Assembly (NCBI GenBank): GCA_018333785.1
Contig: JAGXSU010000108.1
Coordinates: 15,301-79,300 of the forward strand
Direction of reading: 5' to 3'
Length of the DNA: 64,000 nucleotides
DNA from: Methylomicrobium sp.
GTDB taxonomy: Bacteria; Pseudomonadota; Gammaproteobacteria; Methylococcales; Methylomonadaceae
Shown: positions 20,591 through 29,682 of the stretch, piece after piece
Numbering within the stretch: the stretch's first letter is position 1
Layout of the letters: each line of letters starts with the position of its first letter
Position numbers and translations under genes: made by a program
Notes under the pieces: generated by a model
Told to the model about the DNA's origin: nothing
Seen by the model: the letters and a program-made list of their open reading frames with translations, nothing else
Database searches by the model: none

Positions 20591-21148
20591 TTAGCGTAAA
20601 TCACTGATATCAGTGACGGTAAGAATCAGTTGGCTTTTTTCCGTGCCTTCGTCTAATCCGAAATCATTGCCGCTGTTCTGTTTGCCCAGTAATCTGACAT
20701 AAAGTTCGCTGCCGTCCTTCTTTGTCACACTTAAATTGATACTTTTATCTTTAGGAGATTTAAAGAAAGCATTGAATCGGGAGTTAAATTGAGTTTTGTC
20801 GGATTCGGCGATAAAAGTTGAAAAATGTTTGTTGATCAGTTCCCGCTTTCCTATTCCCAGCATGTCCGAAAACGTGTCATTCGCTTTTTCTATGAAACCC
20901 TGGTGATTAACAATGATAATGCCGATGGGAGCTTGATGGAACAGGAAGTGATAACTGTTCCTGGATGCGGTCAGCTCATGATGTGCCGCTTTAAGCTCAT
21001 CATTTTGCATCTGAAGTTCTATTTGATAAATTTGTAAATCGTAAAACAAGCGTTGAATTTCATCGGGGCTGATTTGACTGATTTCCTGGGGAGTAAAGTC
21101 AATAATTTGTTCAGCTTTTTGGCGAAGATTCAATTTCTCTTTGTTCAC
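20591..21148 (-). CDS. Stand-alone coiled-coil + PAS domain protein
   Basis: IYQIELQMQNDELKAAHHELTASRNSYHFLFHQAPIGIIIV is a paralogue of the N-terminus of the 15028-17274 protein. I chose the GTG start at 21148 because GGGAGA lies 6 nt upstream. The ORF track start is 21226. Confidence 0.7.
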   Translation of the reverse strand: MNKEKLNLRQKAEQIIDFTPQEISQISPDEIQRLFYDLQIYQIELQMQNDELKAAHHELTASRNSYHFLFHQAPIGIIIVNHQGFIEKANDTFSDMLGIGKRELINKHFSTFIAESDKTQFNSRFNAFFKSPKDKSINLSVTKKDGSELYVRLLGKQNSGNDFGLDEGTEKSQLILTVTDISDLR

Positions 21149-21397
21149 AACGTTTCTCCCTGTTTTATTAATTTCATGACTATAAATTTTAGCCGAGTTT
21201 ATCATTAATACAGGGGGGTCAAGCATTTTGATTGAATTTTGAAGCTGTCTTGATCCGCATCAATGCGCTAATGTTAATCCAATATCAGCAGGGGTTGGGT
21301 GCTTTGAAAGTGTCGACCGAGGATGCTGTTTTCCTGCAACGGAATCGGCATCCGTCGGTGCCGATGTAAAGTGATGCGGTAAAAAATGCTCAAACAA

Positions 21398-21421
21398 AAA
21401 CGGCACCCGCAGGTGCCGTTT
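21398..21421 (-). terminator. Intrinsic terminator downstream of the porin gene
   Basis: aaacggcacc-cgca-ggtgccgttt forms a perfect 10-bp stem. The minus-strand transcript continues with uuuuguuug. Confidence 0.8.
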
Positions 21422-21445
21422 GAATATCGAGTTTCGCTATGGAAC

Positions 21446-22648
21446 TTAGAAGCGAATGATTGCGTCAGCTGAAATCAATACTTGGTCGTCTTCACTGCCG
21501 TCATCAAAAGCCTTGCCTTGGTCTACCCAGTCGTATCTGACTTCAGGACGAAGCGTCAACCATGATAAGGGAGAATAATTTACGCCCGCGGTCAAGGCGA
21601 AATAATGATTGTCTTGTGCAACAAAGCTGTTGCTTCTGCCTATGCCAAGAACCCTTGCTCCGTCTTCATCTCTGAACCACTCAAATCGAATGCCGGTAGA
21701 TACTTGGTCGTTAACTGCATAAGTCAGGTATTGATTGATACCGTACCAGTTAGCAGCGCCGCCGGTGGGTCCGTTTTCTTGTGTGCCGTAATCGTGTTGC
21801 AGCGTATAGTGCAGGCTGTCGGTGATGTCATGATTGACCACGATGCTGTACATGGAACGGTGATCATCGTTTTGCGCTTGCCAGTCACCCTGGTCACCGC
21901 CAATATAAGCAAGGGCTACCGAGGTTTTTTCGTTATCGGTCGTATAAGAAACCGAACCTAAGAAATTGGCCGGTTCCTGAAAGAATGAATCCCACCCTGA
22001 TACGACACCACCGGTGACACTGATGTTTTTGTTAATAGGATAAGTGAATAACGCGCCGGTATGGGTAAACGGTTCGCCGTACTGCATGGTGTAGGCATGA
22101 GAATAGAAGAAATTATCCGGTACGGTATCCACTTCGTTGCCGATCAGCGTATAGAAATGACCGATTTTGGCCGTAATGCCGTTGCCGATGGGTGCAAATA
22201 CTGTTGCGTAGACTTGTGGAAAAGCAAGGCTGTAGAAGGAGGTGGTATCTGAGTCGACCAGTTTGTTGTCAAAATTATTTTGGGTGATGAATCGAGCATC
22301 TGTTCCGTAAACAACATCTGCTCTGAAACCGAAATCCCAACCGCTGCCCTCGGTATCGACCGCTCTTTCAACATAGCCGTAGAGCTGATTCATATGAACT
22401 TCGTTGGCGCGGTCGTTAAAAGTAACCGGTCCGTTGAAGTTGTCTCTTGGGTCGTCGGGGTTGCCAGCGATACCGCCTGAGACCCAGCCGCCAAATTCTA
22501 TCCCCAAATCGTTCAGGGCGTTAACGTTAACACCTGTCAGACTTTCAATCGCACCTTCACCTTCTGCGAGTGCTAATAATGGGGAGCACAGCAATGCGCT
22601 ACAGATCGTAACCTGTAATCCCGTGTTCATTTTGTTTTTTGCTGACAT
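21446..22648 (-). CDS. Outer-membrane beta-barrel porin-like protein
   Basis: Signal peptide ...LLALAEGEG, alternating aromatic/Gly-rich beta-strand pattern, and a C-terminal ...ADAIIRF with terminal Phe. Confidence 0.7.
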   Translation of the reverse strand: MSAKNKMNTGLQVTICSALLCSPLLALAEGEGAIESLTGVNVNALNDLGIEFGGWVSGGIAGNPDDPRDNFNGPVTFNDRANEVHMNQLYGYVERAVDTEGSGWDFGFRADVVYGTDARFITQNNFDNKLVDSDTTSFYSLAFPQVYATVFAPIGNGITAKIGHFYTLIGNEVDTVPDNFFYSHAYTMQYGEPFTHTGALFTYPINKNISVTGGVVSGWDSFFQEPANFLGSVSYTTDNEKTSVALAYIGGDQGDWQAQNDDHRSMYSIVVNHDITDSLHYTLQHDYGTQENGPTGGAANWYGINQYLTYAVNDQVSTGIRFEWFRDEDGARVLGIGRSNSFVAQDNHYFALTAGVNYSPLSWLTLRPEVRYDWVDQGKAFDDGSEDDQVLISADAIIRF

Positions 22649-23359
22649 AAGTGGTTCCTACTGTGGTTTGAATTAAAAATTATTTAACTAACAAGGCGTT
22701 AGCCTTAACTTTTAAGTAGTCAGGTTAATTAACTTTTTAACTTAATGATAACTTTCATTTCATTATGGTCATTGTTGCTTATATGACAAATTGCAGTATT
22801 TAAACGACATTGTGATTAGACAAGAGCAGTATCTATGCCGATTCTGTGAGTTTATGAAATAATTGAACTTCATGGTTTTCTGCTCGGCTAAAGAAGGTCT
22901 TTACGCACAAAATAGGAGCAAAAAAGAGTTAAAATGCTCTTGTTTGGTGCGGCAAGGGGTGCGGTTCATGTTTTGGTGCAAGCCTGTTGTTTTTGCCTGA
23001 ATCAACGGTACAGATTGAGTTGAACAGCTACACCGCGTTTTGCAGATAGACGGTGATTCCTGTTCAGGACTTAACAGGATTTTGTTGCTTAATCTCAATG
23101 AATTAACTTTAGCTATCGAGTTTCGTTCAATATAATTTCCAAGAGCACGAATGATCGGCAGATATGCTATAAGTGAATTCTTATGGGTTGACCCTGGCAA
23201 TTCCGGTGATCAATTTATAAGACGCTGGCACCTAGTCCTGAATTAGTGCGGGTAGGTTTCCCATAGGAAAAGGGAAGGCAAGAGCCGTTTTGCGGCTTTT
23301 ACACCACAGTTTGCCCACATTGAGATACCCGTTTAAAACTAATTAAGTCGAGACAATCT

Positions 23360-24487
23360 ATGGAAAATTTAATGTTGCTCTGGCAGAGCACTGGGTTCTA
23401 CAGCATACAGCTGGGACAGACTCTGATGATGGCGGTGGGTTTTTTGCTGTTGTTTCTGGCGATAAAAAAAGGCTTCGAGCCTTTGTTGTTGCTGCCAATT
23501 GGTTTCGGTGCGGTTTTGAGTAATATACCGGTTGCGGGAATGTCTGAAGAAGGCGGGTTGCTTTATTACCTTTATTTCGGTATCAAGACGGGCTTATTTC
23601 CGCTCTTGATATTTATGGGCGTCGGTGCCATGACCGATTTCGGACCGATGCTGGGAAATCCAAAAACGCTTTTTTTGGGTGCGGCAGCCCAATTTGGAAT
23701 ATTTGCAACTTTATTAGGTGCGCTGGCCCTTAACTTGGTTCCTGGGATGGAATTTACCATGAAAGATGCGGCTGCAATTGCGATTATCGGCGGGGCGGAC
23801 GGTCCAACAGCCATTTATGTGGCTTCAAAACTCGCGCCCGATATGTTGGGTGCGATTGCGGTAGCGGCTTACTCTTATATGGCATTGGTGCCGTTAATTC
23901 AACCTCCGATTATGCGGGCATTGACAACAGAACAAGAGCGCTTGATTGAAATGGAGCAGCTTCGTATTGTCAGTAAAACCGAAAAAATCGCCTTCCCTTT
24001 AATGCTTCTCTTGTTAACAGCGCTACTTTTGCCTTCAGCAGCGCCACTCGTGGGGATGTTTTGCTTCGGTAATTTAATGAACACCTGTGGTGTAGTGGAA
24101 CGCTTGAGTAAAACTGCGCAAAATGAATTGATCAATATTGTGACCATATTTCTGGGTCTTTCCGTGGGCTCCAAGTTGAGTGCCGATGCTTTTTTGAAAT
24201 ATGAGACGCTGGGGATACTGGCGTTAGGTGCAATTGCTTTTTGTATCGGTACTGCGGCGGGTGTGGTGATGGCCAAAATAATGAACAAATTCAGTAAAAC
24301 GCCTATAAATCCGCTGATTGGCGCGGCGGGGGTATCGGCCGTTCCTATGGCCGCAAGAGTCGCAAATAAGTTGGGTTTGGAAAGCAATCCGCATAACTTT
24401 CTTCTGATGCATGCGATGGGGCCGAATGTGGCCGGCGTCATTGGCTCTGCGGTAGCCGCCGGTATCCTGTTAAGTCTGGTGCATTAA
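23360..24487 (+). CDS. oadB: Sodium-translocating decarboxylase beta subunit (OadB/GcdB/MmdB family)
   Basis: [31 protein letters not shown] (the conserved Asp region) and [14 protein letters not shown] motifs typical of OadB. No alpha or gamma subunit gene is adjacent. Confidence 0.85.
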   Translation: MENLMLLWQSTGFYSIQLGQTLMMAVGFLLLFLAIKKGFEPLLLLPIGFGAVLSNIPVAGMSEEGGLLYYLYFGIKTGLFPLLIFMGVGAMTDFGPMLGNPKTLFLGAAAQFGIFATLLGALALNLVPGMEFTMKDAAAIAIIGGADGPTAIYVASKLAPDMLGAIAVAAYSYMALVPLIQPPIMRALTTEQERLIEMEQLRIVSKTEKIAFPLMLLLLTALLLPSAAPLVGMFCFGNLMNTCGVVERLSKTAQNELINIVTIFLGLSVGSKLSADAFLKYETLGILALGAIAFCIGTAAGVVMAKIMNKFSKTPINPLIGAAGVSAVPMAARVANKLGLESNPHNFLLMHAMGPNVAGVIGSAVAAGILLSLVH

Positions 24488-24505
24488 AGAAACGGGCAAT
24501 GGTCA

Positions 24506-24532
24506 GGCACTCACAGAGTTGCTGTGGGTGCC
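24506..24532 (+). other. Stem-loop just after oadB (no T-run)
   Basis: ggcactcacag-agttg-ctgtgggtgcc forms an 11-bp stem with one G-U pair. Confidence 0.4.
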
Positions 24533-24791
24533 GGTGGTAACGATGATTGATTGGCTGTGTGCGGTTTTTACTGCAGAAACGTTAACAAACTGTTCCAGAT
24601 TTAACATGAACATTGTTTAGTTTAAAAGCTTTCTGCGGGCAAGCATTTAAATCAAATTTCCAGCGCCTGTTAATTTAGTAAATACCTGTAAAACGCTTGA
24701 GCACTTCGCTTCAAGGCCCCCTTCATCGATTCCCAAAGGCCAGAGGCTTTCAAGGCAGCGTTGTGGCGGGCAAGATAAAAAGAAATTTATT

Positions 24792-26378
24792 ATGATCATA
24801 CTCAGCGCATTACTTTGGACACCGGCAGTGGGGGTGCTTTTTTTGGTGTTGACACCGGGCAGGCATTCTCAGCTGATCCGTGGGTTGGGTAATCTGTTTG
24901 CCTTTATCGCACTTTTATTGGCCTGTTGGGTGACCTATCGGTATGACGCATCGGATGCCGGTTTGCAATTCAGCGAATATTATCCTCTCAATCCAAAACT
25001 CGGCAGCGCCTATGCCTTGGGTGTCGACGGGCTGTCGATACCGATGTTGGTGCTAGCCTGTCTTCTGACATCAATTGCTCTGCTTGCTTCATCATCGATC
25101 TCCGGCAGCGTCAAAGGCTACTATATCTGCGTTTTGTTACTTGAATTCGGGATGTTGGGCGTCTTTTTGGCTCAGGACTGGGCGTTGTTTTATATTTTTT
25201 GGGAAGTTACGCTGATTCCGCTGTTCTTTTTAATCGATCGCTGGGGCGGCAAGAGACGGCATGCCGCAAGTATGAATTTTGTGCTGTATACGATGGGCGG
25301 ATCGATTTTCATGCTGGTCAGTCTGTTGGCGATCAGTCAATACGTTCTTGAACATGGCGGATCACTGATGACCTCGATGAGTCAGGCCGCGGAGGATATG
25401 CCGCTCTATGAACAGGTCCTCGTGTTTTTGGGCTTTTTAATCGGTTTCGGTGTGAAAATGCCGGTTTTCCCCCTTCATGGCTGGTTACCGCTGGCTCATG
25501 TCGAAGCTCCCAGCCCCATCAGTATTCTGCTGTCCGGTATTTTGCTTAAAATGGGCGCTTATGGACTGATCAGGGTTGCCTTCATGTTGCCGGAAGCCAT
25601 AGAACTTTTACAGCCTTTACTGGTTTTTCTGGCCTTGTTCGGCATGCTTTACGGTGCTTTGCTTGCCTGGCGTCAAAGCGATCTCAAAGCCATGATTGCC
25701 TATTCTTCGGTCAGTCACATGGGTGTTGTGTTATTGGGTATCACCGCGCTGAATCACTCTGGTATGACCGGTGCCGTTTTGCAAATGACGGCTCACGGAC
25801 TGGTTGCAGGTGCTCTGTTTTTATTGATCGGTTTACTCTATGAGCGAACTCATACCCGTAATATTCAGGATTACAGTTCATTAATCAGAGTCACGCCCCG
25901 TTTTGCCATGCTGACTACACTGACATTACTCGCAGCAATGGGTCTGCCGGGTTCGGTCAGTTTTGTTGCCGAATTACACGCTCTGATTGGCGGGTTTCAG
26001 CAATGGCAGGGCTTGATGGTTTTTTTCAGTTTAAGTATTTTGATAGGCGCTGCATATTCGATCCGCACGATCGGGCTTTTGTTTACTGGGCCCGTCAAGC
26101 CGAAAATGCAGCATATTCCGGATTTAAAACCCGTTGAACTGGTTTCAGTCAGTATTCTGGTGAGCGGTATTTTGTTGTTCGGATTATTTCCTGCGCCGCT
26201 GATCAATCTTTCTACAGCCACCATAAACCATATGATTGATTCTATCAGTCACCGTGTTGATCATCTCGAAAGCCGCTCATCGCTAAGCAGCCAGCTTCTT
26301 CCTTTGGAACAACGTGCGAACTTGACCAGGGACGCCGGGCTTTTTCATGATGGCATTGACGCCGTCATCGTCAGGTAA
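24792..26378 (+). CDS. Complex-I subunit-4/NuoM-like antiporter-type membrane protein (PF00361-like), copy 1
   Basis: Polytopic. HGWLPLAHVEAPSPISILLSGILLKMGAYG matches the NuoM/NdhD TM7 signature. Confidence 0.85.
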   Translation: MIILSALLWTPAVGVLFLVLTPGRHSQLIRGLGNLFAFIALLLACWVTYRYDASDAGLQFSEYYPLNPKLGSAYALGVDGLSIPMLVLACLLTSIALLASSSISGSVKGYYICVLLLEFGMLGVFLAQDWALFYIFWEVTLIPLFFLIDRWGGKRRHAASMNFVLYTMGGSIFMLVSLLAISQYVLEHGGSLMTSMSQAAEDMPLYEQVLVFLGFLIGFGVKMPVFPLHGWLPLAHVEAPSPISILLSGILLKMGAYGLIRVAFMLPEAIELLQPLLVFLALFGMLYGALLAWRQSDLKAMIAYSSVSHMGVVLLGITALNHSGMTGAVLQMTAHGLVAGALFLLIGLLYERTHTRNIQDYSSLIRVTPRFAMLTTLTLLAAMGLPGSVSFVAELHALIGGFQQWQGLMVFFSLSILIGAAYSIRTIGLLFTGPVKPKMQHIPDLKPVELVSVSILVSGILLFGLFPAPLINLSTATINHMIDSISHRVDHLESRSSLSSQLLPLEQRANLTRDAGLFHDGIDAVIVR

Positions 26379-26383
26379 CATCC

Positions 26384-29300
26384 ATGCAACAGTCGACTCT
26401 TAATCATTCTGAAGATATTGGCGCTCTGCGCGAACAACTGATGGCTGTTTTGCATCATCTGGATCACGTGCTTCCCGGACAGGCGCCTATTGGTAACTTT
26501 GTTCACCATAACACTTTACACGGTTTCCAGCATTTGCCTTTTGAACAGGCTTTGGCTGAATTCGAAGCCCTGACCGGCATTAGCGGTTATTTGCCGGAAA
26601 TCCAATTTCGAGCCTTTTATCAGCAGGGCCGCATTAACGATAACGACATATTGGCTGCACTGAGTCATGAAACCCGTCTCGATCCGAGACAGGTGATTAT
26701 CAAAGTAGATACCAAAACAATCAGCATCAGTGAGATCGTTAATACGGTTTTGCTGCATGGATTGGAGCCGGTGAGTCCTGAGCGTTTCAACTGGCTGCAA
26801 ACCGAGTGTGCAGCGCTCAATTCGCTGCGCCCCGGTGTGTCTCAACAGGCGCGAGAGCAGTTAGTGGCAGATGAGGATGAAGCTGTTGCGATCAACAAAC
26901 TCTGGAACACTCTCCTGGATAAATTGGGCATCAATGACGTCAGGCTGCATCCGGAAAATCTCTTCGATATATCGGCCGAGCAAGCCGAAGACTGGCTGGC
27001 AAGAAGTAAGATGCAGCCAACGGCAATTCAAAATCTGACTGTTGTTCAACAAATTCAGGAGCAGGCAAGAAATACGTTGGATGCCCTGGTTGAAGAGATC
27101 GGTGACAACATTACCTTACGCGGATTTGTTTTAGCGCTGACCGGTATGGATATTCTGGATGATGTCCGCCCCTTGCTTATAAGAACCTGCGCATCGGCGC
27201 TGGACGAGGGACTTGCGCCATGGCAATTGCCTGATGTCAAGCGGCTGGGTCTCTATGCTGCCTGGCGCTTAACCGCCAGATACGATGCAAATCCTTTTTT
27301 TCAGGAACTTCCTGACTGGCCTATTCTTGAATCGCAGCTGCCGGATGATGCTGTGGATGCGATCGTGTTTCAATTAACCGCCCTGCAAGTTCCTCAGCAA
27401 CATTGGCCTGGCTATTTGCGTCGCTTAGCGCTGGAATTGCCCGGCTGGTCAGGCATCATCAACTGGCGTGAGCATAACCCAAACTACAAGACAGCAAACG
27501 GCGCGCAACCCACGCTAGCCGATTATCTGGCGATACGATTGACTCTGGACCGGCTCTGGCTCAATCGTCTGTGTGAAGGTACCTGGAAAATAGAGGCCAA
27601 ATTAGGCCGGTTGATCTCGTATTTCCAAAAAAATCTTGCCGAGTTTTGGGTGCGCCGCCAACTTTACCGGGGCGTGTTGCCCGAATACCTGAGTCAGTCG
27701 GCTGAATCCCTGATTTTATTGAGCAGGACTGAGCGGCAGGACAGGAAAGACTGGTGGCGCCTAGCAGAAGAGCTTTGGACATGGCAATCGAGTCCTTTAA
27801 CCCATCAGCACAAATCAAAAGAACATACGTTCTATGACAGCGGCTGGCGCTTGTTTTGTCTTTGTCAGCATTCAGGTTTAAACGCCCGGCACGTTCAATC
27901 GCTGAATAAAGCCGATCTGGAGAACCTGCTGATGGTTTTAGACAGTTTTGGTGTGGCTGACCGCAATAAGGTGTGGCTATACGCCTACGAACATAACTTC
28001 CGGGAAAATTTGTTTCAAGGGTTGCAGGCCAATTACGGCAGAGGGCGATGGGCAACGAGGCCCCGACGACCTGACGCGCAGGTGATGTTCTGTATGGATG
28101 AACGAGAGGAAAGTTTTCGTCGCCATCTTGAAGAAATAAATCCCGCAATAGAAACCCTGGGCGCAGCCGGTTTTTTTGGTGTTGCGATGAATTACAGAGG
28201 CCTGGATGATCATGCGATAACGCCGTTATGTCCGGTGGTTGTGACGCCGGTACACCAGGTTAATGAAATACCGGTGCCTGGGGCTGAATCGGCAATGGAC
28301 GCGCATCAAAAAGGTCTCGGCCGCTACAAAAAAGTCATCAATCTGGTGCATCAAAGTCTGCGCAGCCAGCTGTTTGCAGCCTATCCCTTGCTGTATGTCT
28401 TTGCGCCGCTACTGATTGTTAAACTGGTGATTAAATCGTTACTGCCAACGACTAACTACAAGCTGGAAAAATGGCTTTACAGTTCAATTGTAAAAACGGT
28501 TCCAACCGAACTTCAATTTACTTCAATTCCTCAATCCGCTGAGTCTGCGAGCGATGCACCGCAGTTCGGTTTTACCGATCAGGAACAAGCTGACCGTATT
28601 GCGCAATTGTTAAAGACGACCGGTCTGAGTTACGGCATGGCCCGCATTGTGTGTTTGATGGCGCACGGTTCGACAAGCCAGAATAATCCTCATGAGGCGG
28701 CTCATGATTGCGGCGCTTGCGGAGGACGAAGAGGCGGGCCTAATGCCCGTGTGTTTGCGGCGATGGCCAATCGCCCTGAGGTTCGGCGTTTGCTGCCTGA
28801 ACGCGGCATTACTATTCCGGAAGACACCTGGTTTGTGGGCGCCCAACACGATACCTGTAACGATATTATTACCTGGTACGACCTGGAGCGGATGCCGGTC
28901 GCTGTTAAGGCTGATTTCGAAACACTTGATTTACAGTTGATGAAGGCCAAGGAAAGAGCCGTGACAGAACGCTGCCGCCGGTTTTTCAACGCGCAAAATA
29001 AAAGCGGTGCAGCTGCGGTGAGACATGTGGAAGCCCGGTCTTATGATCTCAGTCAGGTTCGGCCCGAGTTCGGTCATGCCACCAATGCCTCAGCCTATAT
29101 CGGCAGACGTTCTGCGACACAAGGTTTGTTTTTGGACCGGCGGATGTTTCTGATTTCCTATGATCCTGCTCAGGATCCGGATGGAACAGTCCTGGAGTCG
29201 ATTTTATTGACTGCAGGCCCCGTCGGTGCGGGAATCAATCTCGAATATTATTTTTCAAGCGTCAATAATGAGCGTTTCGGTTGCGGGACAAAAATTCCCC

Positions 29301-29680
29301 ATAATGTGACCGGTTTGTTCGGTGTCATGGAAGGCGCAGCTAGCGATTTAAGAACAGGGCTGCCTTTGCAGATGGTCGAAATTCATGAAGCGATGCGTTT
29401 GCAGATTGTGACCGAGGCGTCTCCCGGCATTCTCGAGAAAATTTATCATCGCCAGGCCGGTTTGCGGGAGCTGATTGATGGCGGTTGGGTGCATCTGAGT
29501 ACACAAGATCCTGATACCGGGCAGCTTTTTATATTTGAGCGGGGTGCTGGTTTTGTTGCCTGGGAATCCGCGATACAAAAATTACCGCTAAGGGAAAGTT
29601 CGGAAGATTGTTATCGCACGGAAACCGAGGCGGTTCCCCCCATGCTGATTAAACAGCCCTTAATTTCAAACGGAGTGTGA
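26384..29680 (+). CDS. dabA: DabA-like protein (DUF2309/UPF0753, beta-carbonic-anhydrase-like subunit of DAB inorganic-carbon pumps)
   Basis: 1098 aa. N-terminal APIGNFVHHNTLHGFQHLPFEQA. CxD metal-ligand motif MFCMDEREE and H...C motif HEAAHDCGACGGRRGGPNAR. Confidence 0.85.
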   Translation: MQQSTLNHSEDIGALREQLMAVLHHLDHVLPGQAPIGNFVHHNTLHGFQHLPFEQALAEFEALTGISGYLPEIQFRAFYQQGRINDNDILAALSHETRLDPRQVIIKVDTKTISISEIVNTVLLHGLEPVSPERFNWLQTECAALNSLRPGVSQQAREQLVADEDEAVAINKLWNTLLDKLGINDVRLHPENLFDISAEQAEDWLARSKMQPTAIQNLTVVQQIQEQARNTLDALVEEIGDNITLRGFVLALTGMDILDDVRPLLIRTCASALDEGLAPWQLPDVKRLGLYAAWRLTARYDANPFFQELPDWPILESQLPDDAVDAIVFQLTALQVPQQHWPGYLRRLALELPGWSGIINWREHNPNYKTANGAQPTLADYLAIRLTLDRLWLNRLCEGTWKIEAKLGRLISYFQKNLAEFWVRRQLYRGVLPEYLSQSAESLILLSRTERQDRKDWWRLAEELWTWQSSPLTHQHKSKEHTFYDSGWRLFCLCQHSGLNARHVQSLNKADLENLLMVLDSFGVADRNKVWLYAYEHNFRENLFQGLQANYGRGRWATRPRRPDAQVMFCMDEREESFRRHLEEINPAIETLGAAGFFGVAMNYRGLDDHAITPLCPVVVTPVHQVNEIPVPGAESAMDAHQKGLGRYKKVINLVHQSLRSQLFAAYPLLYVFAPLLIVKLVIKSLLPTTNYKLEKWLYSSIVKTVPTELQFTSIPQSAESASDAPQFGFTDQEQADRIAQLLKTTGLSYGMARIVCLMAHGSTSQNNPHEAAHDCGACGGRRGGPNARVFAAMANRPEVRRLLPERGITIPEDTWFVGAQHDTCNDIITWYDLERMPVAVKADFETLDLQLMKAKERAVTERCRRFFNAQNKSGAAAVRHVEARSYDLSQVRPEFGHATNASAYIGRRSATQGLFLDRRMFLISYDPAQDPDGTVLESILLTAGPVGAGINLEYYFSSVNNERFGCGTKIPHNVTGLFGVMEGAASDLRTGLPLQMVEIHEAMRLQIVTEASPGILEKIYHRQAGLRELIDGGWVHLSTQDPDTGQLFIFERGAGFVAWESAIQKLPLRESSEDCYRTETEAVPPMLIKQPLISNGV

Positions 29681-29682
29681 TT

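Noticed and set aside
22901-23200. 99-aa ORF in the porin-oadB spacer
   Set aside because: It has no RBS and no recognisable motif, its composition is odd, and it sits in a region better explained as regulatory DNA.
23221-23245. TGGCAC-containing sequences upstream of oadB (gctGGCACctagtcctga) and of the dab cluster (24505-24525, GGCACtcacagagttGC) as sigma-54 promoters
   Set aside because: The spacing or the -12 element is wrong: GG to GC is 15 nt rather than 12, or there is no GC at -12.
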